Origin: Camelus dromedarius
Lineage: Eukaryota
Direction of reading: 5' to 3'
DNA length: 64,000 nt
Assembly: GCF_036321535.1 (NCBI RefSeq)
Contig: NC_087436.1
Location: 73,472,001-73,536,000 of the forward strand
Each line of letters begins with the position of its first letter. Within the stretch, counting starts at the first letter, position 1. The notes under the pieces were generated by a model. The model did no database searches, was not told the DNA's origin, and worked only from the letters and a program-made list of their open reading frames with translations. Shown here in pieces: positions 1-14,248 of this stretch. The position numbers and the translations under genes are program-made.

Positions 1-984
1 TGTCAAACAGACCTAGTTCCCAGGTCTGGCTCGGTCACTCATTACTTGTGTAATCTTGAGACTTATGGTCTTTAAGTTCAGTTTCTTTGGTTATAAAGCA
101 GAACAACAGCAACTTCTCCATAGGGTTGTTGTGAGGATTAAGTGTGTAATGACACGGAAGTCTTAGTGTGTCTGGCACACTAAATATACAATCATTAGCT
201 AGTCTCATCTAATTCTTAACACATCTGTATTTTGTTAAGTGGAATAATGAGATAATTCAAAATAGATTCTAATTACTGATGCTGTAGTAATTGACCTATT
301 TCCTTTTAGATACAAAAACTCAAGTTATCTAGGTTTGTTTGGGTATCAGATACTGTGCAACATTCTACTCAAGAGTTCCAAATGATTACTAATTCCAAAG
401 TCTTAGATTAAAAGTTTACATTTAAATTAATTAAAATAATTCAGAGATCAAGTAAAAAACATCAATAGTATTTCAGCATCTAATTTCTCATTAATATTTT
501 TATACTGCTCTTAAGTACATGATAAATTAGTGTTTCTCTGGTATTACCTAAAGCAATTAGAATTAATATATTCCTAAATTAAGGTTATGAAAGTTAAGTT
601 TTTCATAAAGAGAACCCAGATCTTATTGTAATAAAACATATGACTTCCTCTATGCCAAGCAATGTTCTCAGTGAATTGCATATATTGATTCATTTAACTG
701 CCCCCAACGACCTCAGGAGTAAATGGTATTACCTGAAAGAGCAAACTGAAGTTCAGAAGTGGTTAAATTAACTCCCCAAAGGTTACATACCTATTAAATG
801 AGGCAGCTAATACATGAACCTAGACTGGCTCCAGAGTCTGTTTTTAACCCAGATTGCTAAAATATTGGATGTGGTTTGCAAAGACACTGTCAGGACATGA
901 AGAAACAGCAAAGACAAAATATACGTAGTCATATTCAAGAAAATAAAACTAAATAAAAATACTAAATAATCCAATTAAAATTTA

Positions 985-1104
<120 letters not shown>

Positions 1105-2368
1105 CTAAGGGAGCAAACACAAGAATGATAACTATTAAAAGTCATCTTTATTAAATTCCATGAAGTAAATTTTCATAGCCATTCAAATGAAAATAAAGAA
1201 AATACCATTTATCAAAAAGTAATTACAACGGCAAAATAATAAATTCCCAACAACCTCTGTAATCTCCAACATTCGCCATCTCCCCTGTGTCTCTATTTCT
1301 TAATCCCCCTAACCCTCAATACAGGGGGAAGTAGCAGAGTTCTCTTTCTCATTCCCAAGGGAGTCCAGGACCGCATCAAACTATGTAAAAATCTTTTCAC
1401 TCACAGTATCTTTTTCCTTGGGGGACCATTAACTACTACGTTCTTGGATTCCAATGGTTTATTTCTGAAAACTAGAGAGGGCATACATAAGTCAGGACTT
1501 TGAGATTACGTCCATCATGGACAGTACTGACTTTTGTCTTCTTTGTATTCTCTCCTAGGCATTCATTTCACTGTTTCCGAAATGATAATGATTACCATTA
1601 AAAACCAGCAATAGCCTCAATACTCCAGATAATGGTTCTTTACATTTGGTGTATGTCTTTCCAACCTTTCTTTCAATTATTTGTCTAACTACTTGTCAGG
1701 CACTGTTTATAGTAAATAGGATATCTCAGTGAACAAGGTAAGACTCTAGCCCTCAGGAGTTTATACTCTGTCATGGAATATAAAAAAGCAAACAGGGAAC
1801 AGAATGGGTTAGGTGCTATAATAAAGTACCTCTAAGCTGAAATCTCAAAGGTAAGGTCAAGAAAAACAAGTACAAAATAAAAATAGAAACACAGCCTTTC
1901 ATTATTTAGAGTAAATGATTTATGTGTTTATAGGCCCCCCAAAACAGTAAAAATTAAAACATTAGGAATTGGAGAAAAAGGCTGGAATTGGAGAAACTTT
2001 GAATGTTACATGTTTATACATACGTGTGTGTGTATCTATTGGGCAAATCGGGATGTAATTTAAATTCCCATTAACAAATAAATTTGAACACAGGTTTCCT
2101 TTAAACAAAAAGTTTCACAGCCAAAGATAGCCCACCATAATCATTACAAAGGTGATGTTGTTTTTAATTAAAAAATCAGACACCAGCCATAATGGAGCCT
2201 ATAGCTAAGACTGTACATTTTAGTGACTCCAATTCAACTTTTACATAATACTCTACTAGGTTCCTTGTTTCTCCTTTTGTGACTGTCCTGAAATTCTCAG
2301 TCTTTTTTTAAAATCTGTTTAAATTTTTATATAATGCCTCACTCACTTTCAAAATAGTTAACTGACTG

Positions 2369-2706
<338 letters not shown>

Positions 2707-4132
2707 TTTTTCATATGGTGGCTCATCTCTTCAGTTCTCACTTAGCCAGTTCTCACTCACTTCTACCTTAGCTGTGAGATTGGAGTAAACCCAGCCCAGA
2801 ATCCTACCAGCCTGCTCTTCAGTCTTTGTTCTACCTTGAATTCAGTACCACCTACAATTAAACCAGCTCATTAAAAAAAAAAAAATTAATTCACAAAACA
2901 GAATCAGATACTGTCATTCCAAATGCCATTAGTTCCCCCCAAAACCCAAAAACTTCCAAAAGTAGGGATTAATAAATCCTAATACATAAAAGGACTCTCA
3001 TTTGCTACATTTAAAGTAACAAAGCCACCAAACATAGTGTTTTAATTCTGAATGATGAAGAAGGTTGAAGAGCAGTAGACTCATCTAGTAAATTTTATAA
3101 AGTAAAAAAAGTGGAAATTACACAGTAATACTGTGTAACACCTGATGTTAAGATGTTGGAAGATACTAACTTACCCTCTGAATAAAATAATTATGTACAA
3201 AATAGTTTTGTCAAATGACAGAAATACTATTAGAGATTGTTTCTGGGTTTGGGGATTCTCATTTTTTCTTCTTTATTCTTCCTACTTCCAGATTTTCTAT
3301 AGTGAGACTGTCATTTACCCCAATCTCCCATCACATTTATAAAGTACATACTCACAGACCATTTTTGTCACTTACATATAACCAAAGTAAAAAAAAAAAA
3401 AAAAGGTACCAATTACACACATCAACATCAAAGAAAGGTCAAAATACACTAGAGTTACTGTAATGAAGTTCAAGGGATGCTTCACATTGTCTACCACCTA
3501 TACAGTCACTAAAGTATTATGGCCATATTATCAATTTAGATCAGAGAGACAGGGCAATAGGCAGTAGAGGTAATTTTTACCTGATTATTATTCAATAAAT
3601 TGTTATTTATTCAAAAGAGGTAACTTAAAAAAGTGAACTTCAAATAGTCAATGAGTTAAGGCAATGCTAACCTGGTAAAAGCCTTAACAAACAGCCTAAG
3701 ATGCTACACACAGTCACTTTTTTAAAGTTCCACGGAGGCTCCCACAGGGAATGATAAAATGAAATAAAGATGTTACTCAAAGGATGGTGTTTCAATTAAT
3801 TATACTGACTTAAATATAACTTACAGACCAGTTACTTGTTTAACGTAAATGATTTATAAAGTGACTCAATTTAGAGGGCTAAAGTATAACTGATTGATGG
3901 AAACCAACCATATCAACCAGAAAGTAAAGGTACAGAGGGGGAAAATTTTTTAAAAAGCAACCTCACTGACTTACCTATTTTTTAATGAGAGGTTAATTTG
4001 TATGTTCTGCCCAAACAACTGCCATCTTCCCCTTTTCTCCCCTGGAGCAGGGAAATTTATTCATAGCAAAGAACCCAAGTCATAGGTAAGCAATTTCTGG
4101 GATTTGGGTCCTTCTATTTCTTAAAAAATTAA

Positions 4133-4137
4133 TACAA

Positions 4138-4170
<33 letters not shown>

Positions 4171-4200
4171 TACACACATACATACATACATACATACATA
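4133..4200. repeat. Compound (CA)n/(TACA)n microsatellite
   Basis: Seen directly. Confidence 0.95.
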
Positions 4201-7189
4201 AATAAATATCAAAACAAAACAAACCTCTGAACATAGAAGTGAGACAAAGGTTTTAACTACCTAAGGCCATGAAAAAATCATGACCTTTTTGGGTCCTGAC
4301 TTAATTTATAAATTGAGAAGTGATCTCTGGTCAAGCCTCCAAGACTACACAGTTCAACAAAGATAGCCAAGATTAAAGGATACTTAAATACAAAAATAAT
4401 CTACAGAAGGCTGTTAACCTCTAGCTCCTTCAAAAAGCAATTATCATCTAACACCTTTTCAGAGAAAGTGAAATCCCAAGATTAAACCCCACTTTTCCTC
4501 AAAACACTTGAATATATGGAGACTGCTATCATACCAAGATGTAAAATGTATTCTTTACCTGTAATTTAAAAATATCAATCCTATTTATTCATCCAGACAC
4601 CAACATGATCATATCTGGCTTCCCTGTTTAGAGTCCTAACTACTACACTCACTAACTCTGCCCACAATCCCTGTGTATCTTCATTAACTTTTACTCATTT
4701 CTGTATCTTAAAATGTTTCCACTTGCCCAGACTCATTTCTGAAGCATATCTATTCCAGTTCTCATGGGCAGTCGCTCTATTATCACTTGTCACCATCTTT
4801 TCTTAATTTCTTAATATCCATTTAGAGAAGAGTGGAGGAGAGGAAGAAAGTAACACCATACACACAAATAAGGTAGAAAAGAAAGTTACAGTGGATTTCA
4901 TATCCTATACCATGCTCAAATTTCCTCAATTTTGAAATATTTTTTTAAAAACTGTTATCAAAGTATATTGCCCTCTTTTCCCTTCTTGACTAAAACTTCA
5001 GCTTTTAGTTAAGTACCTAAGGTTTTTTGTTTGTTTGCTTTTTAGTTAAAAGTTCAGTGAATCAATCACTAGTATAATGGTGTTGCCTCCAAAGCAAATA
5101 ATCTCAGGCTACATTAATATGGATGTAATGTCTAAAATGAGGGGACAGTTCTGTGCTAATTGGCAAGAGTTAAATGCTGGTTGAACAGTGAATGGAAATT
5201 ACAGGAAGGTATATCGTTTCAGTATGCTGTAAGAAGAACCAGAGTAGAGCTACTTCATGATACCTGCCACTCACTGCAGGTATTTACTCCAGAGACTGAA
5301 TAATTTAGCTGAAATGTAGTAAAATAATCGTATGATCAATGAAGTTAGATTAAGTTACTCCAATGCTGGGATTCTAGAAGTCTATTAACAAGAACCAGAA
5401 TCTTTGACTCCTACTCAGTACTCATTTCATCCCTTCCTATCTATGACTGAAACCCCATGCATTTATTTGGGCCCAGCTAAAATACTGTTGCCCTGAAAAT
5501 CTTTCCTGATTCCTGAGTAGAACTGCCTTCTTCTTGAATTTTCAAAGTAATTTGGGCCTTTATCATGGCATTTTATCAATCATATTCTGACCTAAATTAC
5601 TAATTGTGCATCTGTCTCTGTCTTTCCATTCTCTACTCCCTTTTCAAACACTATTATCTGAGCTCTCCCTTGGATAACATTCTCTGGAAACTCACAATTC
5701 TTCTCAAAAATCCAGTGACCTCAGTCTTCTACCTGTCTGCATTACTACTGTTGGTCACCTTCTCTTAATGCTTCTAGATTTCTACCATGAGGCAACTTTC
5801 CTTTTCATCAAAATGCAGAAGTCCTCGAGGTTGTCTTCTAACATGGCAATTCAGACAGTCAAATGGCTTTAGCTCTCCTACCTACCTAAATTTATATGTA
5901 GTCTCTGCCATAAACTCAAATTTTACACTTTTAACCACTTGCTGAATACCCATACATGACCTCGTAGGTAACCCAATATATGTACCCTCTCCCATACAGA
6001 AACAGCAGTTTCCTTCTTTCTTTACATGGTGCTACCTACTAACTTCTTTACTTGAAAGCTCAGTCCTAAGTGACTTTCCCTCTTTAAGCTACAAACTGTG
6101 AAATCTGGACAAAAATCTCTTGGAATTTGTCCCAGCCCTTCTGTTCCAACTGAATTCAGACCCTTTCAGTTCTTCCTCAAGTCTTCCAAACTTCTGCAAC
6201 ATGTGTAGCTATATACACTGTATACAGTCAAATCCAAACACCTGCTTTCAGTCTGAAGTTTAAAGCCTTCCATAGAAATCCTGTCTCACATACAAGACCC
6301 TAACCAACATTTCAAATTTATCTTCCACTGTACTTCTCACCTCTCTATAAACAAACTCTATGCTCTTAAGAATATTATACCATTTACCATCATTATCATT
6401 CCCTGAACCTGCAATTTTCATTCTCTAGGCTGCTGTCTTACTTCACTCAATAGACTAGGTAAATAGGGGGACAACACAAATTCATTCAACATTCGTTGGA
6501 TATCCACCCTGTAAGCGCCAGAAGCTATTCAAGGGAAGACAATGGTGAACATGATAGACTTGATCTGCTGCTCCAAAGAAATCAAAGTTCAGTCAGTGGG
6601 AGACAGAATTCCTCAACACAATTATCTAATGTGATAAATGCTAGATAGCCCTACTACAAAGAATGTTCTGCTTGAACTGGAACAGGAGCAGAAATCTGAC
6701 ATGCAGAAAATGAAGAAGTGAATATTCCAAGCCAGAGCTGAAAGGGAAAAGAATTTGTAGATGACTGTCTTTCTCAACACCACCAAATGCTCCCCCATGC
6801 GCTTTCCAAAAACCTACACAAAGACTTATTCCAATTTTACCTAGCTTTCTTTAGCTAGGTCCCTCAGGCAGGATTAATCATTTCTTCCTCTTAGTATTGC
6901 ATATATCTTCTTTATCTCTTTTATTAATGCACTTAGTCCTAGTAGTACATGTGCATGTGCACAGGCACATCCCTCTCCTATCTGAAAGACTCCTTTACAT
7001 TAATGCTGAGCACAGCCTGGCAGTGTTATGCTTCCAGGAGATGCTCAAGACACTCTCTGTATCATCTACCATTACTTTGCACATAATAGGATTAAAAAAC
7101 CTTGAACAAATCTGTGATACTGAAGACCACTTAAGAGAAGCAACCTACCAAAATACAAAGATGTTTCAATAGTTAATGAATAACAAAAG

Positions 7190-8600
7190 CTACTATGAGG
7201 GATGTACTACACAACATGATAAATATTATAAACACTGGCTGTATGTTACATATGAAGACTTGTGTAAATCCTAAGAGCTCTCATCACAAATAAATTTTTT
7301 TCTATTTCTTTAATTTTGTATCTGAATGAGATGCTGGACTTTCAAAAACTTAACTGTGATAATAACATTTCATGATGTAAATCAAATCATTATGCTGTAT
7401 ACAAACTTACACCGTGCTATATGTCAATTATATCTCATTAAAACTTGGTGGAAAAAAGCTGCTATGGGGGAATGCTAACAGGTTCTTATTTAAAATAGGA
7501 AGTTTCACTCATACTTTGCACCATATACAAAAATTACCTTAAAATGGACCACACACACACACACAAAGGACCACAGGCCTAGACATAAAACCAAACTCTA
7601 GGCTTTGAGAAAAAAACACAAGAAAAAAACCTTTGTAAAGTTAGGTAAGTAAAGATTTTAGGTAAGCACAATAAGAACAATTTAAAAAACCTGACAAATT
7701 AGACTTAGTAAAATGTAAAGTTTCTGCTTATTTAAAGTTATCATTAAGAAAATGAAAAGACAAGCCAGTCAAAAATATTTGTATACTACATATTTAATAC
7801 AGGGCTTGTATCCAGAAGATAGACCTCTCCTAACTTAAGAATAAAACAAGAAATGTAATTTTTAAATGAGCAAAAGATTTGAATACATACTCCACACCAA
7901 GATACACAGGTGGCAAATAAAGATGAAAAGATGTTCAACATCACTAATCATTAGAAACCTGCAAATTAAAACCACGATGACATACCACTTATACCTTTAA
8001 TAATGGCCAACATTAAAATCTGAAAATACTAAGTGCTTGCAAAGATGGGAAAAGTTGGTAGGAACAAAAAAATGGTACAGTCATTTGGAAAACAATATGG
8101 AAGTTTCTCATAAAATTAAACATATGTGCCCCATATTACCCAGCAATCCCAAACCTACATATTTACCCAAAAGAAATAATGCATATATGTCCAAAGACCT
8201 GTATGTTGTTTCCACTTTATTAATAAACTCTCAAAATCTGAAAACAACAAAATGACTATTAGCCAGGTGAATAAACAAACTGTGGTAAATCCAAATATTC
8301 AAATACTACTCAGCAATAAAAAGCACTTATTGATACATGCAATAACATGAATGAGTTTCCGAAGTATTACCTAAAGTTAATGCTAGATGATTCTATTGAT
8401 ATGTCAGTCTATAAAATACAAAACTATAGGGCTGGAAGCATAAGAGAAATACTGTAAAGGAACATGAGCACATTTCTGGGGTAATGGAAATATATTTTGA
8501 TTGTAGTGATGGTTTCATGACTGTATGTGTCTGTCCAAAGTCATACAAATGAAAACACTGGTTTTTATCAATTGTAAATTATCCCTCAATTTTTAAAATT
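7190..8600 (+). mobile_element. Old L1 (L1M-type) fragments: 3'UTR and ORF2-end remnants
   Basis: L1 hallmarks: aaaagatgttcaacatcactaatcattagaaa..tgcaaattaaaaccac, ccagcaatccc, tactactcagcaataaaaag, tatatgtcaattatatctc. Confidence 0.8.
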
Positions 8601-8689
8601 CAGCAATACAATTATGCTTCATTACATCCATCTACCACATATCAAGCATTTGTAAGGTAACTTGAAATTGACAATACTCAACAGTTCAA

Positions 8690-8830
8690 CGGGAGAGGGT
8701 ATAGTTCAAGTAGTAAAGTGCACGCTTAGTATGCATGAGGTCCTGTGTTCAATCCCCAGTACCTTCTCCAAAAAATAAGTAAGTAGACCTAATTACCCCC
8801 TCTACCACAAACAAACAAACAAATATTTTA
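8690..8830 (+). mobile_element. tRNA-Ala-derived SINE (camelid Vic-1-like)
   Basis: tRNA-like head, cctaattacc module and A-rich tail. TSD aata(ct/tg)caacagttcaa at 8673-8689 and 8831-8847. Confidence 0.88.
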
Positions 8831-8877
8831 AATATGCAACAGTTCAAAATATGCGATTTATTCACCAATTATTTGGC

Positions 8878-9010
8878 TTTTTTTTTTAAATGAGGGGGAG
8901 GTAATTAGGTTTCTTCAATGATTTCCGCTTGGAGGAGGTACTAGGGATTGAACCCCAGACCTCCTGGGTGCTGAGCATGAGCGCTACCACTTGAGCTATA
9001 CCCTTCCCCC
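8878..9010 (-). mobile_element. tRNA-Ala-derived SINE
   Basis: Reverse-complement head (ggattgaacccc...ccacttgagctataccc). TSD-like attcacc(a/t)atta on both flanks. Confidence 0.88.
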
Positions 9011-9014
9011 TCAT

Positions 9015-9400
9015 TCACCTATTAGATTAACAAAATTGAGAATGACTGTTAATATTCAGTATTTTTAAAGATGTGGGGAAAACAAGCTCTTTCACATACA
9101 GTACTGGTAGAACTATGAATAGTTACAACCTTTTAGAGATGTCATTTTGCAGTTTTAATCAAATTAATTAAAAATGAACACACATAAACAGTAATCCCAC
9201 TTCTAAGATATATTACAAAGAAATACATGCACAATTGCCAAAGATATATTCAAGGTTGTTCATTTACACACACACACAAAATCAAAGTCTAAATATCCAT
9301 CAAGCAGGAAATTATTAAATAAACTATGGCACAGCTATAAAACACAAAGATTATGCATTCATTAAAAACAGGGAAAAACAGTAAGGTTACAAACATAGAC
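9015..9400 (+). mobile_element. Old L1 (L1ME-like) fragment
   Basis: gatgtggggaaaac..actggtagaact..cagtaatcccacttcta..aaatatccatcaa resembles the L1 ORF2 end. Confidence 0.6.
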
Positions 9401-9904
9401 AAAAAATATTATCCACAAAAGCTAAGTAATAACCAAATTCTAGAACGCTGTAAATCTCGTCTTTGGAAAAAAGGCACGACACAAAAACAAATATACAAGA
9501 CAGTAAGTGTTATGGATCTAGGGGAAAAAAGCTACATACCAACTCATAATGCCACTGGTAAGCTACTTACTATACTGGCTATCACAAAGAGTTATGTATT
9601 AACTTTCTAATTTTAAAACATATTTCTAAATTTTCATTTAGTTTCTCATAACCAACTAATAGATACATGTCACTGGTTAGAAAATACGGCTCTAGAAATA
9701 AAGACCAAAAGTGTGAAAATGCGTTCAGCACTACTAGCAAAAGAAAAAGTAATTTCTGATGTTATGCCTACATTAGTGACAATTTATGGTTCAAGTCTGA
9801 GTGTGCTTAAATATTACCAACTAATTGAAGATAAAACTGAGGAGGTGGAGATGAAGGGAACAGATTAGTAAAGATACCATGCTGGAATTTCAAATGAGCA
9901 GACA

Positions 9905-10054
9905 GGGCAGGGTGTATATATATATAGCTCAGTGGTAGAGTGCATGCTTAGCATGCACAGCATGCAGGAGATCCTGGGTTCAATTCCCAGTACCTCCTCT
10001 AAAAATAAATAAATATACCTAATTACCACCCCTCCACAAAACACACAAAAAATA
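9905..10054 (+). mobile_element. tRNA-Ala-derived SINE
   Basis: tagctcagtggtagagtgcatgcttagc...gggttcaattccc. TSD aaatgagcag at 9892-9901 and 10055-10064. Confidence 0.88.
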
Positions 10055-13000
10055 AAATGAGCAGTTATATAGTGAAAGAATAATAATGAAAAACTTCCTG
10101 CTTAGATCCTAAGGTGCAGTCTTGAACTTTAATGTTTCCAAGAGGCAACTTAAAAAATAGTTGATATGTCTGCCTGATAAAGTACTATTTTTTCTAATAT
10201 GGTATTAAATTAATAGTCTTGGAAACAAAAATATAATACACTGAACCCCAACTGTAAAATCAGTTCATATGCAGTCATTAAAATATTGCCAAAGACTATA
10301 AAAACCATAGAAAAAAATTTGAAAGTGTATAAAATTTGCAACTAACGTAGGATTTCAATAATGTAAAGGCAATGTAATCACTTGGACAAGAAAATGAAAT
10401 TAAGTTCTTAGATTTACTACAGCAAAATAATTATCAGAGCAGATTACAATAGAAAAGACAAGGTTATCCAAGTGAAATAATTTTGTACTCCATCAATTCT
10501 TTCTAACTTTAGGGATCTCTGAAATGGCATCTCCATTCTCTATTCAGTAATAAAATGGCTAGATCTATGTATGATCAAAAAATCTAATTATATTAAACTG
10601 TTAACCTTAAACAACCTTAAACTGGCTGCAACCACCACCACTACACGTAAGCATCAAAAACACATAATCAAAAATTCACTCTTCCAGGAGCCTGGAATAT
10701 TCTGAGCACCATCTATAACGAATGCTGAGAACTGCAGCATCTTTGATACTCAGGCAGTTCTAGGGTGGAAAAAATTTTCACTTATTGCAAATTACTGACA
10801 TGAAATTTCCTGTCACACTTTGGGGCTATTTCAGTGCTTGGAGAAAACATCCAAAATGAAAACTGCTAAGTAGTCAATTAACTGCTAAGAAGTCTTATTT
10901 TTAAAAGTCAAGAAATCAAAAGAAAATGACATTTTGAAAAATTTTAAAAATCTACAAAAATAACTTTTCAGTACTGTAAAGTTACATGCACTACTTTATC
11001 TTGCTTTTTATAAAAAGAGTAAGATCTCCAGTAACAGGATGCAGGTCTCCTTACCAGAAACTATGTTATTACCAAAGACTGTATCTGTGCTAGGACACAG
11101 TTCATCTCTACTATTGGATGCTTACTTCCCCCTCCTCTCTAGAGCCCCTCACTCATGGCTGGGCTCACATTAGTCAGACCCAGGCACTTTCTCACTGAGC
11201 CATGGACTATACCCATTCTCAACAGCTAACCGCATATTAAAACCGGTACTTACAGAAATTCCAGATGGTCTTTGTTTAAAATTACCTTACCAATCAAAAC
11301 AACAATGCATTTATCTATTTAGAGTAGTGACCTTCAATGTGTTGTGGCACACCAGAGAATGAAAGCATCACAAATAAGACCTAAGAACCACTCATAGAAA
11401 TAAACGATAAAAGGTAGTTGCAGATTAAATCTTTCCTTTCCTCAGTCTCCAAAGGTAAGGAGGCAAGTTTTGAAGTTCAGAAGCTATTAAAAGTGACCAA
11501 GCATTAAAGAAATGGAAATGCCACCCCACAAAAACAAAAGCATGTATTTATATTCTGCTTTAAAGTTTAACAAGTAACCTACACATTCCTTTATCTCCTT
11601 GATATAGGTAGGTATTTGCTTTATTTACAGAAAAGGAAACTGGTATTTTGAAAGCCTAAGGAAAAAAATTCAAGGTCTCTCAGTAGTTGTGAGAGAGGAT
11701 TTGAAATCAAGTCTCCTGCCTCTAGTGATGTTTTCATTATACCTGTTTAAGAACAAACTGCTTTTGAAGAACTGCCAGGGATGTAAGAATATAAAAAAAA
11801 TTTTAAGCCCAACTGTTAGCTTATTTGATACTGTTGGGAGGATCTAAAAGGCAGAGGACCGTAACATAATAGGAAATCCAAGGGAGTCATCCCTACATAC
11901 CCATGATGGTATGTCAACATAGGTAATCTATCTAGAAATTACAAGATAAAAATTAGCAATCAAAAAAGCTGATTCTGGCTTCTGAAGCCAATCCAGTGTT
12001 CCGAGAGATAGAACGTATTTGTTCTATCAGCTCTTAAATGTGTCCCAGTGGAGTCCGTCAATTAAATCCTACTGAATTTAAGTTCAGAAACAATCCTTAA
12101 GTTTATACCTATCAAAACCAGCCTGGAAAAGGGGTCACTTCTCACCTTCATACCCAGTTTTAAAATATGTTGGAAAAGTCTTATTTAAAACAAGTTAGGA
12201 AAGAATTTTCAACCTTGATAATGGATAATCAATGCAATAACTGTTTAGGACAAGGAAGCTGTTAATCTAAAGATACTGTTGGTATTTATAGATTTTCAGT
12301 AACCAATAACTGAAATTTTCATTTTTTAATCTCTCGTAAGTGAAATATAGATAATGAATATTTCTTACTACTAATAGTCCCAATCAATACTATTCAAATT
12401 CAGGAGTTTATCTGCTGACCATTCAACTGCTCACCTACTAACTAAACACTCAATTCGACTATCACCAATTATTAAAGACTTGTCTCCTTTACCTTCCTTT
12501 CATTTCAGGTCCCCATCCACCCCACATTCTGGTTCTTTCCACTCTTGCTCCTTGTTCACCACTGACCAACATTTCAACCTCCAATATTCAACAACCTAAA
12601 CTATACCACCTCTTAGACAGTAAGCAATCCATTTGAAGTCCTTATCCTCCCTACAATTCCTTGATAATCTTCCAGAACTAAACAGCCTCTAGAGATTAAG
12701 TCATAACACAAGGAAACACATGACTAATCCTATAAATTTAATAAAACGAGAAGGCAGTATCACCAGAAAAACACATAATTCAGTTCTAAGAGGTTCAAAC
12801 TAATTATACCGTCTATTTTCTGAGATCGGAAATTTGGGGCATCCAAAGGACCACTAGATACTAACAGGAGCAAGTGTTTACTTATAAACTTTGTTCACAT
12901 GCTTAAGGCTATATTAATTGCCAAATATGGAGCTAGACAAGGAATTCTCATCGTCTTCCCCTCTAGCATACGGGGCTCCCTAACTGCAGTTAATGGTTCA

Positions 13001-13200
13001 TAGATCCAGGTACATGCAATGCTAACATTCGGAAAGGTAGCACAAGGTGTGAAGTTTTGAACCTAAAAACCAGTATTTTAACACAAGTTTATATCACAAT
13101 CATACGGAGGCAAAGAGAAAACAACTTTGCTGTATTATTCCCGCTTCGGTGCACGTGTTTTTGTTTGTATTTTAACAGAGGAACGAACGGTACCTCCCAT

Positions 13201-13256
13201 ACAAAAAACAAAAACAAAAACAAAAACAAAAACAAAAAAAAACAAACCAAAAAAAC
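13201..13256. repeat. (AAAAAC)n simple repeat
   Basis: Seen directly. Confidence 0.95.
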
Positions 13257-14055
13257 CTGTTAAGAAATTAGGTATACTTTGGGGAATAAAAATTGATCTA
13301 TGCGGAAAACTAGATGCAAGTCTATATTTGCCTCAAAGCGGCACAAGGCCATCTTAAGACATCTGTCTTCAGAGATGCAAGTAAAATTTGATCTTATTCG
13401 ACTACCAAAATCAACACAATCTAGGGACGCTTACGTTCCTCCCCTTGCTATCATCCCCACACCCCCAAAGAAGAGGTGGAAGAAGAGGTCGAAACCCATT
13501 CCCCAAAGCATTCAAACACTCTTCTATTCCTGGGTCAGTAAGAGATCGCCTGCATAAAAAAAGGTCACGGAGAAAGCGTACGTTATATATAGCCCGGGTT
13601 TCTGAACTCTTTCGGGATAAACCCCAGGGGGGTCAAGAACAGCGGAACATCAGGTACTGGGTAAGCAAAGCGACGGCTGCCTTCAAACCCGGATTCTGTT
13701 TCGGTGCACAGAAATGGTGCCCGGAGGCCGCTACTTTCGCATCTGCGTCGCTTCTGCCTCCGCCGACACAGCCTCTTTTCCCCTCCCCCACGGGCGGGGC
13801 GGCGACTGCCTCCCCGCTCCCGGGGAACCGGGAATAAGAGTCGGAGACCAGGCTGGTGGGCTCCCATTCAGAAAACATCCCCTCCGGAAAGCCCACTCCC
13901 CCACGTCCCGTCCCAAGCCTCTCTCAGCGTGCCTTTGGGAACCGCTGTGTCCCCTTTCCCACCTCGCCACCTCGTCCCCAACCAACCCCGGCCCCACCTG
14001 TGCCCCCGGAGCCCTCCGTCCGCACGACGCGCGCCGGTAACCACCCATCCCTCAC

Positions 14056-14200
14056 CTGAGAGAAAGGGTTGGCTTCTCTCACGCAGAGACAACAGAGTAG
14101 GTAGCCGGCAAGAACAATGTCTCTCTCTGCCGCAGCACCTCCGACACTGGGGCTCACGCACAGGACGGTTGCCTCGAGCCGCGGCGCGCGATGGGAATGT
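14056..14200 (-). other. G3BP2: G3BP2 non-coding first exon, variant B (5' end approximate)
   Basis: Strong minus-strand donor ...ctttctctCAG|gtgagg at 14056/14055 inside the CpG island. Confidence 0.55.
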
Positions 14201-14248
14201 CCCCTTCCGACCACCACACCGACCGCCCTTCCCGGCCCCCGTACACAC

